Shown here: one piece after another, positions 10,766 through 20,056 of the stretch
How positions within the stretch are numbered: position 1 is the first letter of the stretch
Layout: each line of letters starts with the position of its first letter
DNA from: Alphaproteobacteria bacterium
GTDB taxonomy: Bacteria > Pseudomonadota > Alphaproteobacteria > JAUHZC01
Reading direction: 5' to 3'
Assembly (NCBI GenBank): GCA_030425805.1
Contig: JAUHZC010000003.1
Span: 701 to 64,700, forward strand
DNA length: 64,000 bases
Position numbers and translations under genes: made by a program
The notes under the pieces: model-generated
Seen by the model: only the letters and a program-made list of their open reading frames with translations
Database searches by the model: none
Told to the model about the DNA's origin: nothing

Positions 10766-11320
10766 TCACAACTTCTGCCATTTTTCCCACATGCGCAGGA
10801 CTGAGCGCTCTGTTGTGGGAAGATTTTTTTCGCCCTTATGGAACCAAGCCAAAGCCTTAGATTCACTGTTTTGGACTAATTCTTCATCACTATTCACTTT
10901 AAGAATAAACCGTAGATCAAGATGTTTGTGTGCTGGGACCCTCTTGTATTCTGGAATCTCATGAATATCAATATCAAAAACCTTTTCACTGACAGGAATA
11001 ATCCCCTGTATCCCTGATTCTTCTTGTGCCTCTTTGATTGCCACAGCCAAACAATCTTGATCTCCATCACAATGTCCACCAGTCTGCATCCAACGATCAA
11101 GCTTACGGTGATGCATCAACAATGCTCGTTCTCCTGTTTTATCTAGTAACCACGCAGAGGCTGTAAAATGTCCTGTTAAGCAAGCCCGTTCAAAAGCATT
11201 GCTATGAGACTTGTAAAAATCTAGCATTTCTTCCTTAAAAGGGATTTCTTCGAGAGTTGGAGTATAAGCATTTAAAAGTTCTGGCAGTGTTTTCATCGAC
11301 ATCCTCCACATAATGCCCAA
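10766..11320 (-). CDS. NUDIX hydrolase
   Basis: Nudix-box-like 'GGHCDGDQDCLAVAIKEAQEESGI'. 184 aa. Confidence 0.6.
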   Translation of the reverse strand: MGIMWRMSMKTLPELLNAYTPTLEEIPFKEEMLDFYKSHSNAFERACLTGHFTASAWLLDKTGERALLMHHRKLDRWMQTGGHCDGDQDCLAVAIKEAQEESGIQGIIPVSEKVFDIDIHEIPEYKRVPAHKHLDLRFILKVNSDEELVQNSESKALAWFHKGEKNLPTTERSVLRMWEKWQKL

Positions 11321-11406
11321 GCTTAGAACGTTAATTTCATGGAGAAAAGGTCTCTATCTCCATTTCATTGACTTTGACAGAGAAAATAGTGTAAGAAATC
11401 CAGCAG

Positions 11407-11480
11407 GGCCCGATGGCAGAGTGGTGATGCAGAGGACTGCAAATCCTTGTACGTCGGTTCGATTCCGGCTCGGGCCTCCA
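11407..11480 (+). tRNA. tRNA-Cys (anticodon GCA)
   Basis: Cloverleaf read by eye: acceptor GGCCCGA/TCGGGCC, anticodon loop CT-GCA-AA, T-arm GGTTCGATTCC, 3' CCA encoded. Confidence 0.85.
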
Positions 11481-11533
11481 CTTTTAATAATTTTTTCACC
11501 TAAAACAATTTAAAATAATAAAAAACATTTTTT

Positions 11534-13351
11534 ATGAAGAAATTATACTTTTCCTTGTTCTTAATTCTTTCTCTTTCTGCAAGCAGCTATGGAGCTGCTG
11601 AGCCAGAGGCTACTCCTGGTGCTTCATCCTCGTCTGAAGCAGCCACAGCGCAGACACATGTTGATGCTCTACTTGCAGAATTGGACACTATGCGTGCAAA
11701 ATTTCATGGATGGGCTACTTCTCCAGCAGTCACAGCCAAGATGGGAGCCCTAACCCCATTTATGTTTCGTGGATGGGAAAGAGCCCGCAGAGATGTCCGT
11801 CGCTTGACTGTCCCTATGCGTGCCCATGCTGCTTCCCTCCCTCTGCACCAAAGGAAAGAAGGAGCGACTATTCGGGGCGCTCAATCCCCCATCCTTGCGG
11901 CTCGTTTCAAGGCCTTTGCAAGGATTGCACAAGCTCATATTGATGCTATTCGTACCAGAGGAGAAGAAATTTACAATCCTGGAAGGTTTGCAGGGGTTCT
12001 TGCAGAATTTGGAGGACGTGAAACACTTTCTGTTCATGAGATCATGACAGCAGTTTTGCGTATTACAACAGCTCTTTCTCCTGTAAGTCTGGAGAATGAA
12101 GCTATGGGTAAATTTACCCCTGAAGAAAAAAGTCTTCCGTGGTCAAAATATACAGGAGATCATTTGCACGGTTTTAAATCGAGTCGGCCTGCAGACTTTT
12201 CTTCACCGCAAGAACTTGCTAGTGAATTTCTTGATAAATTGGTAGGAAGTGCTCTGGATCCGATCCCTCTTCCCCTTCCTGGACAAGGCTTTCTTGGCAC
12301 TGGAACCCTAGGAATTCTTGTGACTTCTGGTGTAGGGGCCATTCCCCTTTCTTGCGAAGTCTGTAAGGTTCATGGTCTTGAAATGGCCTCAACAACAAGT
12401 GTTGAACATGATGCCTACCACTTGTTGGCCTCTTTTCTGACAAATCCAAGACCAGCTCTCCGTCAAGCAACCATTAGATACATTGCACAACACCACCCAG
12501 GAAAAGATGTTTTAGCGCTCCCTCCAGAAACCTTTGATGAAGCTGTCCTACATGTCCTAAGGAACTATGTAGAGTATGTAAGGTTTATGATAGGTGTTTT
12601 TAGGGCCGCATTAGAAAACGACGACCGTCCACAAGCTACCCGAGATTTAAATGCATTTTTCCTTATGGTTCACGAACTTGTTGGCGTGACTCCTCGCCTT
12701 GAAAACGAAGGTGGTAGTGTGGCAATGCTTGCAGAATACCTCACTGAGATCAGGGAAACAAATATTGAAAAAGAGACGCTTGGAAACCCAGATTCGCCTC
12801 TCCTAGCTGTGCTTGAAGATCGACTTGCAGCAGAGCCAGGTTTTGGAGCCTTTGAAACAGGGGGTGCTCGTTCAGATACGACAGATCTTTCCTTCTTAGA
12901 TGAGGCTGTTCAGGCACATTTGCGCCAGAAATATGGTGCTCCTGCAGGGGCTTATACGGGAACTCGTATTCAGAAAGTTTTTAACACAGGGTCAACCTGG
13001 CAAATTGAACTCGTTGTACCATACACAGGATCTGAGCCTGTAGCTGGAGTGCTTCATGTTGTTCTTGTCACAAGAAAATATCGAGAAGGGGATCGTCGTG
13101 ATGCCATAAAAACTCTACGCCTTTTTGGTCCTGAATATGCAGCCTTCGCAGGAAATCCCTATGGCCCTCTCTCTGAAGAGTTAAATGCTTTTGCTGATCG
13201 ACTGCTAGCACTTCATTTCCCTGGTGGCGGAGGAGGTGGAGGGGCAGCAGGGCAGCTAGCGGCAGCAGCGGGAAATGAGGACGAAGCCTTAGCGCCACAG
13301 GCTGGAGGTGGAGGAGGAGCAGCGGCAGCAAGCGCAGGTGGAACTCTTTAA
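11534..13351 (+). CDS. hypothetical exported protein with Gly/Ala-rich C-terminal tail
   Basis: Sec-type signal peptide (MKKLYFSLFLILSLSASSYGAAE). No recognisable domain. The C-terminal ~45 aa are almost purely G/A ('GGGGGGGAAGQLAAAAGNEDEALAPQAGGGGGAAAASAGGTL'). Lies between tRNA-Cys and tssF. Confidence 0.55.
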   Translation: MKKLYFSLFLILSLSASSYGAAEPEATPGASSSSEAATAQTHVDALLAELDTMRAKFHGWATSPAVTAKMGALTPFMFRGWERARRDVRRLTVPMRAHAASLPLHQRKEGATIRGAQSPILAARFKAFARIAQAHIDAIRTRGEEIYNPGRFAGVLAEFGGRETLSVHEIMTAVLRITTALSPVSLENEAMGKFTPEEKSLPWSKYTGDHLHGFKSSRPADFSSPQELASEFLDKLVGSALDPIPLPLPGQGFLGTGTLGILVTSGVGAIPLSCEVCKVHGLEMASTTSVEHDAYHLLASFLTNPRPALRQATIRYIAQHHPGKDVLALPPETFDEAVLHVLRNYVEYVRFMIGVFRAALENDDRPQATRDLNAFFLMVHELVGVTPRLENEGGSVAMLAEYLTEIRETNIEKETLGNPDSPLLAVLEDRLAAEPGFGAFETGGARSDTTDLSFLDEAVQAHLRQKYGAPAGAYTGTRIQKVFNTGSTWQIELVVPYTGSEPVAGVLHVVLVTRKYREGDRRDAIKTLRLFGPEYAAFAGNPYGPLSEELNAFADRLLALHFPGGGGGGGAAGQLAAAAGNEDEALAPQAGGGGGAAAASAGGTL

Positions 13352-13415
13352 TAAGACATCCCCTTCCCGGATAAGGAAAATCTTGGTAAGATGACCTGAC
13401 TTAGACAACATCAGG

Positions 13416-15239
13416 GTGGTTCGGGTGTCTTTAGCCCCATTGCTTTATTACTACCAACGAGAAATGAATTACCTCCGCAATGCGGGGCAGCGGTTTGCGC
13501 AACAATACCCAAAAATTGCCAAGCGCTTGGAGCTTGATCTTCAGGGATCTAGTGATCCCCATGTGGAGCGTCTCTTGGAAAGTTTTGCCTTTCTAACAGG
13601 AAAGATCCAACGGGATCTTGATGATCAATTCCCTCGTGTTGCTCAAAATCTCTTGAATGTTCTGTATCCCCACATGATGCAGTCCATGCCATCCACAACA
13701 ACACTTTGCTTCAAGCCAGATCCAGATCAAGCCCCTCCAAATGTTGGTATTGTCATTCCGCGCTATTATCCTATGTTTGCTGAGGTTGGGGAAGAGAATG
13801 AAGCATGTTGGTATCGCATTACACAAACGATTGAGCGTTACCCGTTAGAAGTGGAGAAAGTCCGTGTCTGTGGCCCGAGTGATCTTGGCTTGACTGGAAA
13901 GCGAGCTGTTTCTGAGCAGTGCCTTCATATTAAGTTTGAGGACATCTCTAGTATCCATATTTACAATCACATGCCAAAGAAAATTTGCATGCACTTGAGT
14001 GGAGATCCTCGGACAAAGCACTTGATTCTCCAGGCTCTTCTCTCCCAAGAGAATATTCAAATCCTTTGCGGAGACTTGAGTAAGGGCGAAGAAAATATGG
14101 AGGTTCTCCCCCGGGGAAGCCTGGTGCACCGTGGTTTTGAACAAGATGAATCCCTGCTCCTTCTTCCAGAAACTTATGGAGCTGGTCACCGCCTTTTAGA
14201 CGAGTTTTTCCACTATCCAGACAAATACATGTACCTTGATGTGGAAAATATTCCATATAACCTCTGTGAAGAGCAACTGGATCTTGTCTTTTCCCTACCC
14301 CGAGATTTTGAACTCAAAAACGGCCCACTCGATAAAGATACAATCATGTATGGTTGTGCCCCTGCCGTGAATCTCTTTCCTGTACTCACAGAGCCTGTTT
14401 CTCTCAAGCACACCCAAGTTGAGTATCGTCTTGTCGGAGATTATCGACGGGAAAACAGTGTTGAAATTCATTCCATCCACCGTGTGCTCGGCGCGAGTGA
14501 TGATCAGGATGAACCTTTTGAAATGGAACCCTATTTCAGCCTCCGCCACCAATCCTATAATAAAAATGGATCTTTTTGGCATGCGCGCCTCGTGCCCATG
14601 GAAATGAACAATGTTCAAGGAACGGATGTTCTGATTTCATTTGTCGATGCTGCTTTTAACCCCATCACCTCTCCCGTCGAAACAGTCTATGGGGAAGTCA
14701 TCTGCACAAATCGTGCAGCAACGCATATGATTGGTGCAAATACAACTTTTGCTAATGATGGGGATAGTGTCGAGGGTTACACTGTTACATGTATTGATAA
14801 ACCGACTTCTCAGGTTTACCCAGCCTTGGATGGACGAAATCAGTGGAAACTGATCTCATCACTTGCCCTAAGCCATCTCTCCCTCGCTGACCAAAAAGAT
14901 GGTCTAAAGCGCCTCCAGGAAACGCTCCTCCTCCATTGTCGCACGCCAGAGCAATACAGTATCGTTGATGGACTTGAGAAAATGACCATTAAAGATAGCG
15001 CCCACCGCTTTGGTAATGAGGCTTGGCGGGGCTTTGTACAAGGCATGGACATTGATATTCACATGGATGAGCAAAATTTTGCAGGCACAAGTTCTTTTCT
15101 GTTCTCTGAAATTTTGAGTTATTTCTTTGGTGAATATGCTGGTATGAACAGCTTCACCCGCCTGAATTATTATAACACCCAACAGAAAGGAGTGCGTCAC
15201 CGATGGCCAGCCCGCAGCGGAAATCGCGCCCTTCTATAG
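13416..15239 (+). CDS. tssF: type VI secretion system baseplate subunit TssF (ImpG/VasA family)
   Basis: The N-terminus 'LLYYYQREMNYLRNAGQRFAQQYPKIAKRLEL...DPHVERLLESFAFLTGKIQRDLDDQFPRVAQNLLNVLYPH' matches the highly conserved TssF N-terminal block (cf. 'LLxYYNxELxYLRExGxEFAxxxPKIAxRLxL...DPYVERLLEGFAFLTARVxLKLDxEFP'). 607 aa, which is typical TssF length. Confidence 0.8.
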   Translation: MVRVSLAPLLYYYQREMNYLRNAGQRFAQQYPKIAKRLELDLQGSSDPHVERLLESFAFLTGKIQRDLDDQFPRVAQNLLNVLYPHMMQSMPSTTTLCFKPDPDQAPPNVGIVIPRYYPMFAEVGEENEACWYRITQTIERYPLEVEKVRVCGPSDLGLTGKRAVSEQCLHIKFEDISSIHIYNHMPKKICMHLSGDPRTKHLILQALLSQENIQILCGDLSKGEENMEVLPRGSLVHRGFEQDESLLLLPETYGAGHRLLDEFFHYPDKYMYLDVENIPYNLCEEQLDLVFSLPRDFELKNGPLDKDTIMYGCAPAVNLFPVLTEPVSLKHTQVEYRLVGDYRRENSVEIHSIHRVLGASDDQDEPFEMEPYFSLRHQSYNKNGSFWHARLVPMEMNNVQGTDVLISFVDAAFNPITSPVETVYGEVICTNRAATHMIGANTTFANDGDSVEGYTVTCIDKPTSQVYPALDGRNQWKLISSLALSHLSLADQKDGLKRLQETLLLHCRTPEQYSIVDGLEKMTIKDSAHRFGNEAWRGFVQGMDIDIHMDEQNFAGTSSFLFSEILSYFFGEYAGMNSFTRLNYYNTQQKGVRHRWPARSGNRALL

Positions 15240-16240
15240 GGGAATATCTCTTTGAGGAGCCCTATAAGTTTGACTTTCACCAGGCTTTAAAAATCCTGGA
15301 TGCCCTTAATCCTAAGGGTGTTCCTGTTGGAGAAGGCGTCCTCCCTGAAAGGGAATCCGTGCAACTGAGATCTCGGGTTTTTTTGGGTAGCTCTCCGAGC
15401 CAGCTCCAACAACTCCTGCCAGGACATCGACTGGATCCTCCTAAACTTGAAGTGAATTTTATGGGAATAGCAGGAGAATCTGGCCCCCTACCTGCTGTCT
15501 ATGCTGAAATGCTTCTTGAGCGCAAAGCTAAAAAAGATCACGCAATGGACGATTTTCTCCAGATCTTTAACCATCGGCTTCTCTCAATGGTTGCAAGAAA
15601 TGGGCGTAAGCACTGGCCAGCTCTTCATAATGGGCGTATTGAAGACAATCCTTTTGCTGATACCTTGCTTTCTTTGTCAGGGATGTTTTTCCTCAAAGAT
15701 AGCCCTCTGAAAACTATTGAAAATCGGAGTTTCCTTCCCTACACAGGGATGCTTTGGGATCAACGATGTTCAGCACGTTCCCTCCAGGACATGATAAGAA
15801 ATTTCCTCCAAGTCCCCGCAGCCGTAAAATCTTTCATTGGCAAATGGCATCATATTCCAGGAAATGCCCAAACACGCATCCACTCTGTGTATGAAAAAGG
15901 ACAAAATCACCGCCTTGGAGAAACAGCTACACTAGGAGATCGATACTGGGATCAAGCCGCTGAAATTCTTGTAGAGCTTGACCTTGAGAAGTTTGAGCGA
16001 TGGGAAAGTCTCTTACCGGGCCAAATTGCTTGGTCGCGTGTGATGACACTGATTCGCTCAGCTGTTCCCTCCCAAATCCAGGTCCAAGTTAAGTTGACTC
16101 TCTCTCAGAAACAATTCAAACCCACCCGACTTGATCAGCAATCTCCCCTCGGCTGGGGAAGTTTTCTTGGCTCCCCAAAAAAAACAAAAGAAAGCTTCGG
16201 AATCAGTGGGGAGTTTTGTCAGAATCTAGAATTATACTAA
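15203..16240 (+). CDS. tssG: type VI secretion system baseplate subunit TssG (ImpH/VasB family)
   Basis: N-terminal 'EEPYKFDFHQALKILD' matches the TssG hallmark 'EPxRFxFFQAVRLLE'. 345 aa. Overlaps the tssF stop, the usual tssF-tssG coupling. Confidence 0.75.
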   Translation: MASPQRKSRPSIGEYLFEEPYKFDFHQALKILDALNPKGVPVGEGVLPERESVQLRSRVFLGSSPSQLQQLLPGHRLDPPKLEVNFMGIAGESGPLPAVYAEMLLERKAKKDHAMDDFLQIFNHRLLSMVARNGRKHWPALHNGRIEDNPFADTLLSLSGMFFLKDSPLKTIENRSFLPYTGMLWDQRCSARSLQDMIRNFLQVPAAVKSFIGKWHHIPGNAQTRIHSVYEKGQNHRLGETATLGDRYWDQAAEILVELDLEKFERWESLLPGQIAWSRVMTLIRSAVPSQIQVQVKLTLSQKQFKPTRLDQQSPLGWGSFLGSPKKTKESFGISGEFCQNLELY

Positions 16241-16279
16241 ATCCTTCCCTCCAGGATAGAGAACCATTATACTAAGCCT

Positions 16280-16930
16280 ATGTCTACAGTCGATCCCCTC
16301 GTTGAACTTCTCATTCTTGGCGCTATCGTTGCTGCTATTGGATATTTTTACTACAACCTCCTTGGATCCCGTTCTGCTGACGATCCTACGATTGATGAGA
16401 ATGTAGTACCAATTCACCCTGTCCACACGTCAAAAGGAAAAACAGTTGAACCCCAGCTTGAAGATATTAATGTTTCAGGAGATGGGATTTATGTTCTGGA
16501 AGACCACATGCCTGGCTTTAAAAGTCGGGATTTCTTGAGTGGTGCAGAAGCAGCATTCCGTATGATTGTTGAGGCCTTTGCAAAAGGGGACACAAAAACC
16601 CTTAGTACGCTTCTCGGTCCTGAACTTTTGAAGAGCTTTGGTGACTCCATTAAAGAGCGTGAAAAAGCGGGGCATACCCTGGAAGCAAAAGTTGTTCACG
16701 TCAACAAAGCACAAGTTGTGCAAGCCGAGATTAAAAAAGGATTTGCACAAGTTAAAGTTCGTTATGCCACGAGTCAGCTCAATAAACTTACCGATAAAAA
16801 AGGCAAAGTTCTCGAAGAAACTCCTCAAGATAGTTATGATTCAGTAGCAGATTTATGGACGTATCAAAAATCTCTGCGGGATACATCCCCCCACTGGATT
16901 CTTATTCAAACGGAACCCGTTGAGGAATAA
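16280..16930 (+). CDS. Tim44-like domain membrane protein
   Basis: An N-terminal TM helix, then a Tim44-like C-terminal domain. Conserved alphaproteobacterial position upstream of mltA-smr. Confidence 0.75.
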   Translation: MSTVDPLVELLILGAIVAAIGYFYYNLLGSRSADDPTIDENVVPIHPVHTSKGKTVEPQLEDINVSGDGIYVLEDHMPGFKSRDFLSGAEAAFRMIVEAFAKGDTKTLSTLLGPELLKSFGDSIKEREKAGHTLEAKVVHVNKAQVVQAEIKKGFAQVKVRYATSQLNKLTDKKGKVLEETPQDSYDSVADLWTYQKSLRDTSPHWILIQTEPVEE

Positions 16931-16956
16931 CAAAAACGTGAGAGGGAGCCTAAACG

Positions 16957-17817
16957 ATGCAATCCCTTGCAATCCAAAATTGCTTTAGCCACACGCACTC
17001 CGTTCGGAATACACCTCTCTTTTTTTCTGAAAATTTTGTAGAAAATTTAGAAGCAATGTATAAAAAATCTCCTGATCGCTTTTCAGAAGAACCCTCGTTG
17101 CATAGTCTTTTCGAAGTCTTAGAAAAAATTACTCTCCCCACAACTTTTCCAGGAAAACTCACAGGGTACTTTACCCCTTCAATCATCGCCCAGAGACACG
17201 CTGATGAAATTTTTTCCTGGCCTATATGGGGTGCTGTGCCTCAAACATACCATCACCATCCACGAGGATGGTTTTATGAAAACAAAGATCAGCTTTTAGA
17301 TTATGTGCTTTGTTGGGTAAGCTCTCCTGTTGAAGCTTGGCTATGTGATGTGCAAGGTTCTGCCCGAGTTATTCTAGAGGGGCAAGAACAGTGGGTTGGT
17401 CTTTGGGGGCGCAATACCCATCCATATACGAGTATCGGACAGCTCTTCCGAGAACAGGGATACAAAAACATCACAGCACCACAGCTGGTTGAGCTTCTTA
17501 AGGCAGAGGAAAATCCTTGCCAGATTTTAAGTCAAAACGAGAGTCAGATTTTTTTCCAGTGGTCAGAGTCCCCTTATACAGCCCTAGGAATAAAACCTTT
17601 TCCCTTTTCAACAATCGCTGTCGATCCTCAGTTTATTCAGTCCCCAGTTGCCCTTGTTTCCCTTGAAGGATTGCATTTCCTCGCAATCCCAAGTGATATC
17701 GGAAGCGCTATCAAAGGTCCTCATCGGGCAGACCTCTACTGCGGAATTGGTAATGAAGCCTTTAACATTGCAGGAGGATTAAACACCCCTCTTCATCTCC
17801 AAGAGGTATTTCTGTGA
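16957..17817 (+). CDS. mltA: MltA-family lytic murein transglycosylase (MltA/3D domain)
   Basis: The C-terminal 'DLYCGIGNEAFNIAGG' resembles the 3D-domain end of MltA. Conserved Tim44-mltA-smr neighbourhood. The ORF is shorter than a typical MltA, so the N-terminus is uncertain. Confidence 0.55.
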   Translation: MQSLAIQNCFSHTHSVRNTPLFFSENFVENLEAMYKKSPDRFSEEPSLHSLFEVLEKITLPTTFPGKLTGYFTPSIIAQRHADEIFSWPIWGAVPQTYHHHPRGWFYENKDQLLDYVLCWVSSPVEAWLCDVQGSARVILEGQEQWVGLWGRNTHPYTSIGQLFREQGYKNITAPQLVELLKAEENPCQILSQNESQIFFQWSESPYTALGIKPFPFSTIAVDPQFIQSPVALVSLEGLHFLAIPSDIGSAIKGPHRADLYCGIGNEAFNIAGGLNTPLHLQEVFL

Positions 17818-18311
17818 CAAAGAAACCAGCCGACTATGCTCTCTGGCAAGCCTATAAAAGGCGCGTCACGCCCCTGCGCCCTCAAATCGAAACCGAAGAA
17901 TCTCCACAAACCCTTCAAAAAAAGCTTTCATCTTCAACTGCTTTAAACCAGCCAACCCTCCCTCCTGCACGAAAAAAAACATTAGGTTTGCAAAAGCTTC
18001 AATATCCAAAACGTGTAAAAGCCCAAGCTACACTTGATCTCCATGGCATGACCCGGGAAGAAGCCTCTATTGCCCTCCTGCATTTCCTTCGAAAGTCCCA
18101 AGCGATGGATTTAAAGAATGTGCTTGTAATCACAGGAAAGTCAACGAAGAAACATCTTGTGGGAAAAGGGCATGAAACCTTGAGCGGAGCTCTCTTACAA
18201 TGGCTTCAACAACCAACTTTCAAGACCTTGGTTTCTGGATACACACAAGCACCCCGAAATCTTGGAGGAAGCGGTGCTTATTTATTACAACTCCGAAAAA
18301 CTAAGCCTTAG
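17814..18311 (+). CDS. Smr-domain protein
   Basis: C-terminal Smr domain 'LDLHGMTREEASIALLHFLRKSQAMDLKNVLVITGKS'. Confidence 0.75.
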   Translation: MTKKPADYALWQAYKRRVTPLRPQIETEESPQTLQKKLSSSTALNQPTLPPARKKTLGLQKLQYPKRVKAQATLDLHGMTREEASIALLHFLRKSQAMDLKNVLVITGKSTKKHLVGKGHETLSGALLQWLQQPTFKTLVSGYTQAPRNLGGSGAYLLQLRKTKP

Positions 18312-19203
18312 CATCCATTGCCTGGCAAAGTTTAGAGCGGCAGGGTTGATCAAGGAGCGTTGCCATTTCTTGAGCCGCTTCAAGCAGCTTCCCCAGCTGA
18401 ATTCCTGTCTCAAGCCCACTACTTTCAAAAGCGTAAATGATTTCTTCCAAGGCCACATTTCCCCCAGCTCCTGGAGCATAAGGACATCCCCCGAGACCTC
18501 CGGTTGATCCATCAAACGACCGAATCCCCAAAGCAAAAGCCCCCATTGTATTTGCAAGGCCTTGGCCATAGGTGTCATGAAAATGGCACCCAACCCGCAA
18601 TGGATCCATGCGTTGCAAACATTCTTGAATTACTGAGTTTGTCTGAGCCATCACACCTTGCCCTGTTGTTTCCCCCAACACAATTTCATCAACACCCATT
18701 TGATCAAAGGCTTCAAGAACTTCCATTACCTGCTGAGGGTTTACATCGCCTTCAAAAGGGCAATGGGTCATACAGGATACATAAGCTCGGATACGGCTCC
18801 CCCGCTCTTTCACGGGAGCCACCATAGCCCCATAAGTCTGAAGACTTTCATTCACACTCATCCCTATATTGGCCTTTGCAAAACTGTTTGTGCCTGCAGA
18901 AAAAAAGCAAACCGTATCCACCGTTAAATCCTTAAGACGCTCTAATCCTTTAGGGTTTGGAACCAAGACGTAGGTCTGCAATCCAGGGTATTGAGCTTTG
19001 TCCTGGAAAGCCTCAATAACTGCCTCCGTCGCCTGCATTTGAGGCACTGCTTTTGGGTTTACAAGACTTCCTATCTCGATATGCCTCACCCCTGCTGCAT
19101 AGAGCTTTTGAATATAGTGCACCCGATCCTGTGGACTGAGAATTTGGGATTCATTTTGAAGTCCATCTCGTGGAGAAACATCAACAAGTGTGAGGTTATG
19201 CAT
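18301..19203 (-). CDS. hydroxymethylglutaryl-CoA lyase
   Basis: 'LVDVSPRDGLQNE' HMGL N-terminal signature and 'CHFHDTYGQGLAN' metal-binding motif. The start is placed at the internal ATG (MHNLTLVDV) rather than the long-ORF ATG at 19278. Confidence 0.8.
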   Translation of the reverse strand: MHNLTLVDVSPRDGLQNESQILSPQDRVHYIQKLYAAGVRHIEIGSLVNPKAVPQMQATEAVIEAFQDKAQYPGLQTYVLVPNPKGLERLKDLTVDTVCFFSAGTNSFAKANIGMSVNESLQTYGAMVAPVKERGSRIRAYVSCMTHCPFEGDVNPQQVMEVLEAFDQMGVDEIVLGETTGQGVMAQTNSVIQECLQRMDPLRVGCHFHDTYGQGLANTMGAFALGIRSFDGSTGGLGGCPYAPGAGGNVALEEIIYAFESSGLETGIQLGKLLEAAQEMATLLDQPCRSKLCQAMDAKA

Positions 19204-19933
19204 CAGCTGAACCCTCCTCACTCCATAACGGAGAACGCTTTTCAAAAAACGCCTGAACCCCCTCTGTAGCTTCAACACCTGATAAAATCTCTGTCATCTT
19301 TTGTGTCCAATTCAATGTTTCCACATCTTTGAGAGATAAGCTTTTCAAGCGCTTCATTGCGTCTGGACCTCCTCTCAAGCAAGAAGCTAAGAGACTCTCA
19401 AAGGACACGTCTTCTTCCCGAAAATGTACTAAGCCGTAACCTTGAGCAGTTGCAGATGATATTGGACATTGAGAAAGACCCAAGGCCTTAAAGGCACTCA
19501 GTCCCATTCTTTTCACAAGGAAAGGACTAATCACACCAGGAACAAGCCCAAAGCGAGCTTCAGATAAACATAGAGTTGTTCCTTCTGCTGCCCAAACAAT
19601 ATCTGCTGAGCTGACCAGGCCAACACCCCCACCATAAATAGGGCCATGAATCTTCATAATAACCGGAATCGGAAGCTGAAGAAGTTTTGTTAAGACTTTT
19701 TCCAAGGTCTTAAGGAGAAGGGTTCCTTGGTCACTTGCCATCTCTTTGAGGTGACCTCCAGCACAAAAAGTAGGGCCCTCTCCCTGAAAAAGAAGCAAGC
19801 GCAAGTTATTGTCTTTCTCCGCTTTTTCAATCACTTCGTATATGGCCTGAACTGTTTTCAAGGATAAAACATTCCGATGTTTAGTATCTTGAAATGTGAC
19901 TGTAAGCACCCTGTTTTTTTGTGTGATATCCAT
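19196..19933 (-). CDS. enoyl-CoA hydratase/isomerase family protein (methylglutaconyl-CoA hydratase-like)
   Basis: Crotonase fold ('FCAGGHLKEM', 'IHGPIYGGGVGLVSSADIVWAAE'). Context with HMG-CoA lyase and isovaleryl-CoA dehydrogenase. Confidence 0.8.
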   Translation of the reverse strand: MDITQKNRVLTVTFQDTKHRNVLSLKTVQAIYEVIEKAEKDNNLRLLLFQGEGPTFCAGGHLKEMASDQGTLLLKTLEKVLTKLLQLPIPVIMKIHGPIYGGGVGLVSSADIVWAAEGTTLCLSEARFGLVPGVISPFLVKRMGLSAFKALGLSQCPISSATAQGYGLVHFREEDVSFESLLASCLRGGPDAMKRLKSLSLKDVETLNWTQKMTEILSGVEATEGVQAFFEKRSPLWSEEGSADA

Positions 19934-20056
19934 ATTCTTTCCAAAAAATATTTTTGTTCAAAAAGTAAAAAAATTTTCGAAATTAAGACAATTTTTAATG
20001 TTCTTTAATCTTTATCACCCCATTCTATACCTATTCAATGGAAACTTACAGGCAAT

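Noticed and set aside
13416-16240. Alternative reading of the TssF/TssG-like pair as generic phage baseplate (gp6/gp7, P2 gpJ/gpI) genes of a prophage
   Set aside because: The conserved N-terminal sequence blocks are those characteristic of T6SS TssF and TssG rather than phage baseplate J. No tail tube, sheath, spike, terminase or capsid genes are adjacent. Kept as what would refute the main finding.
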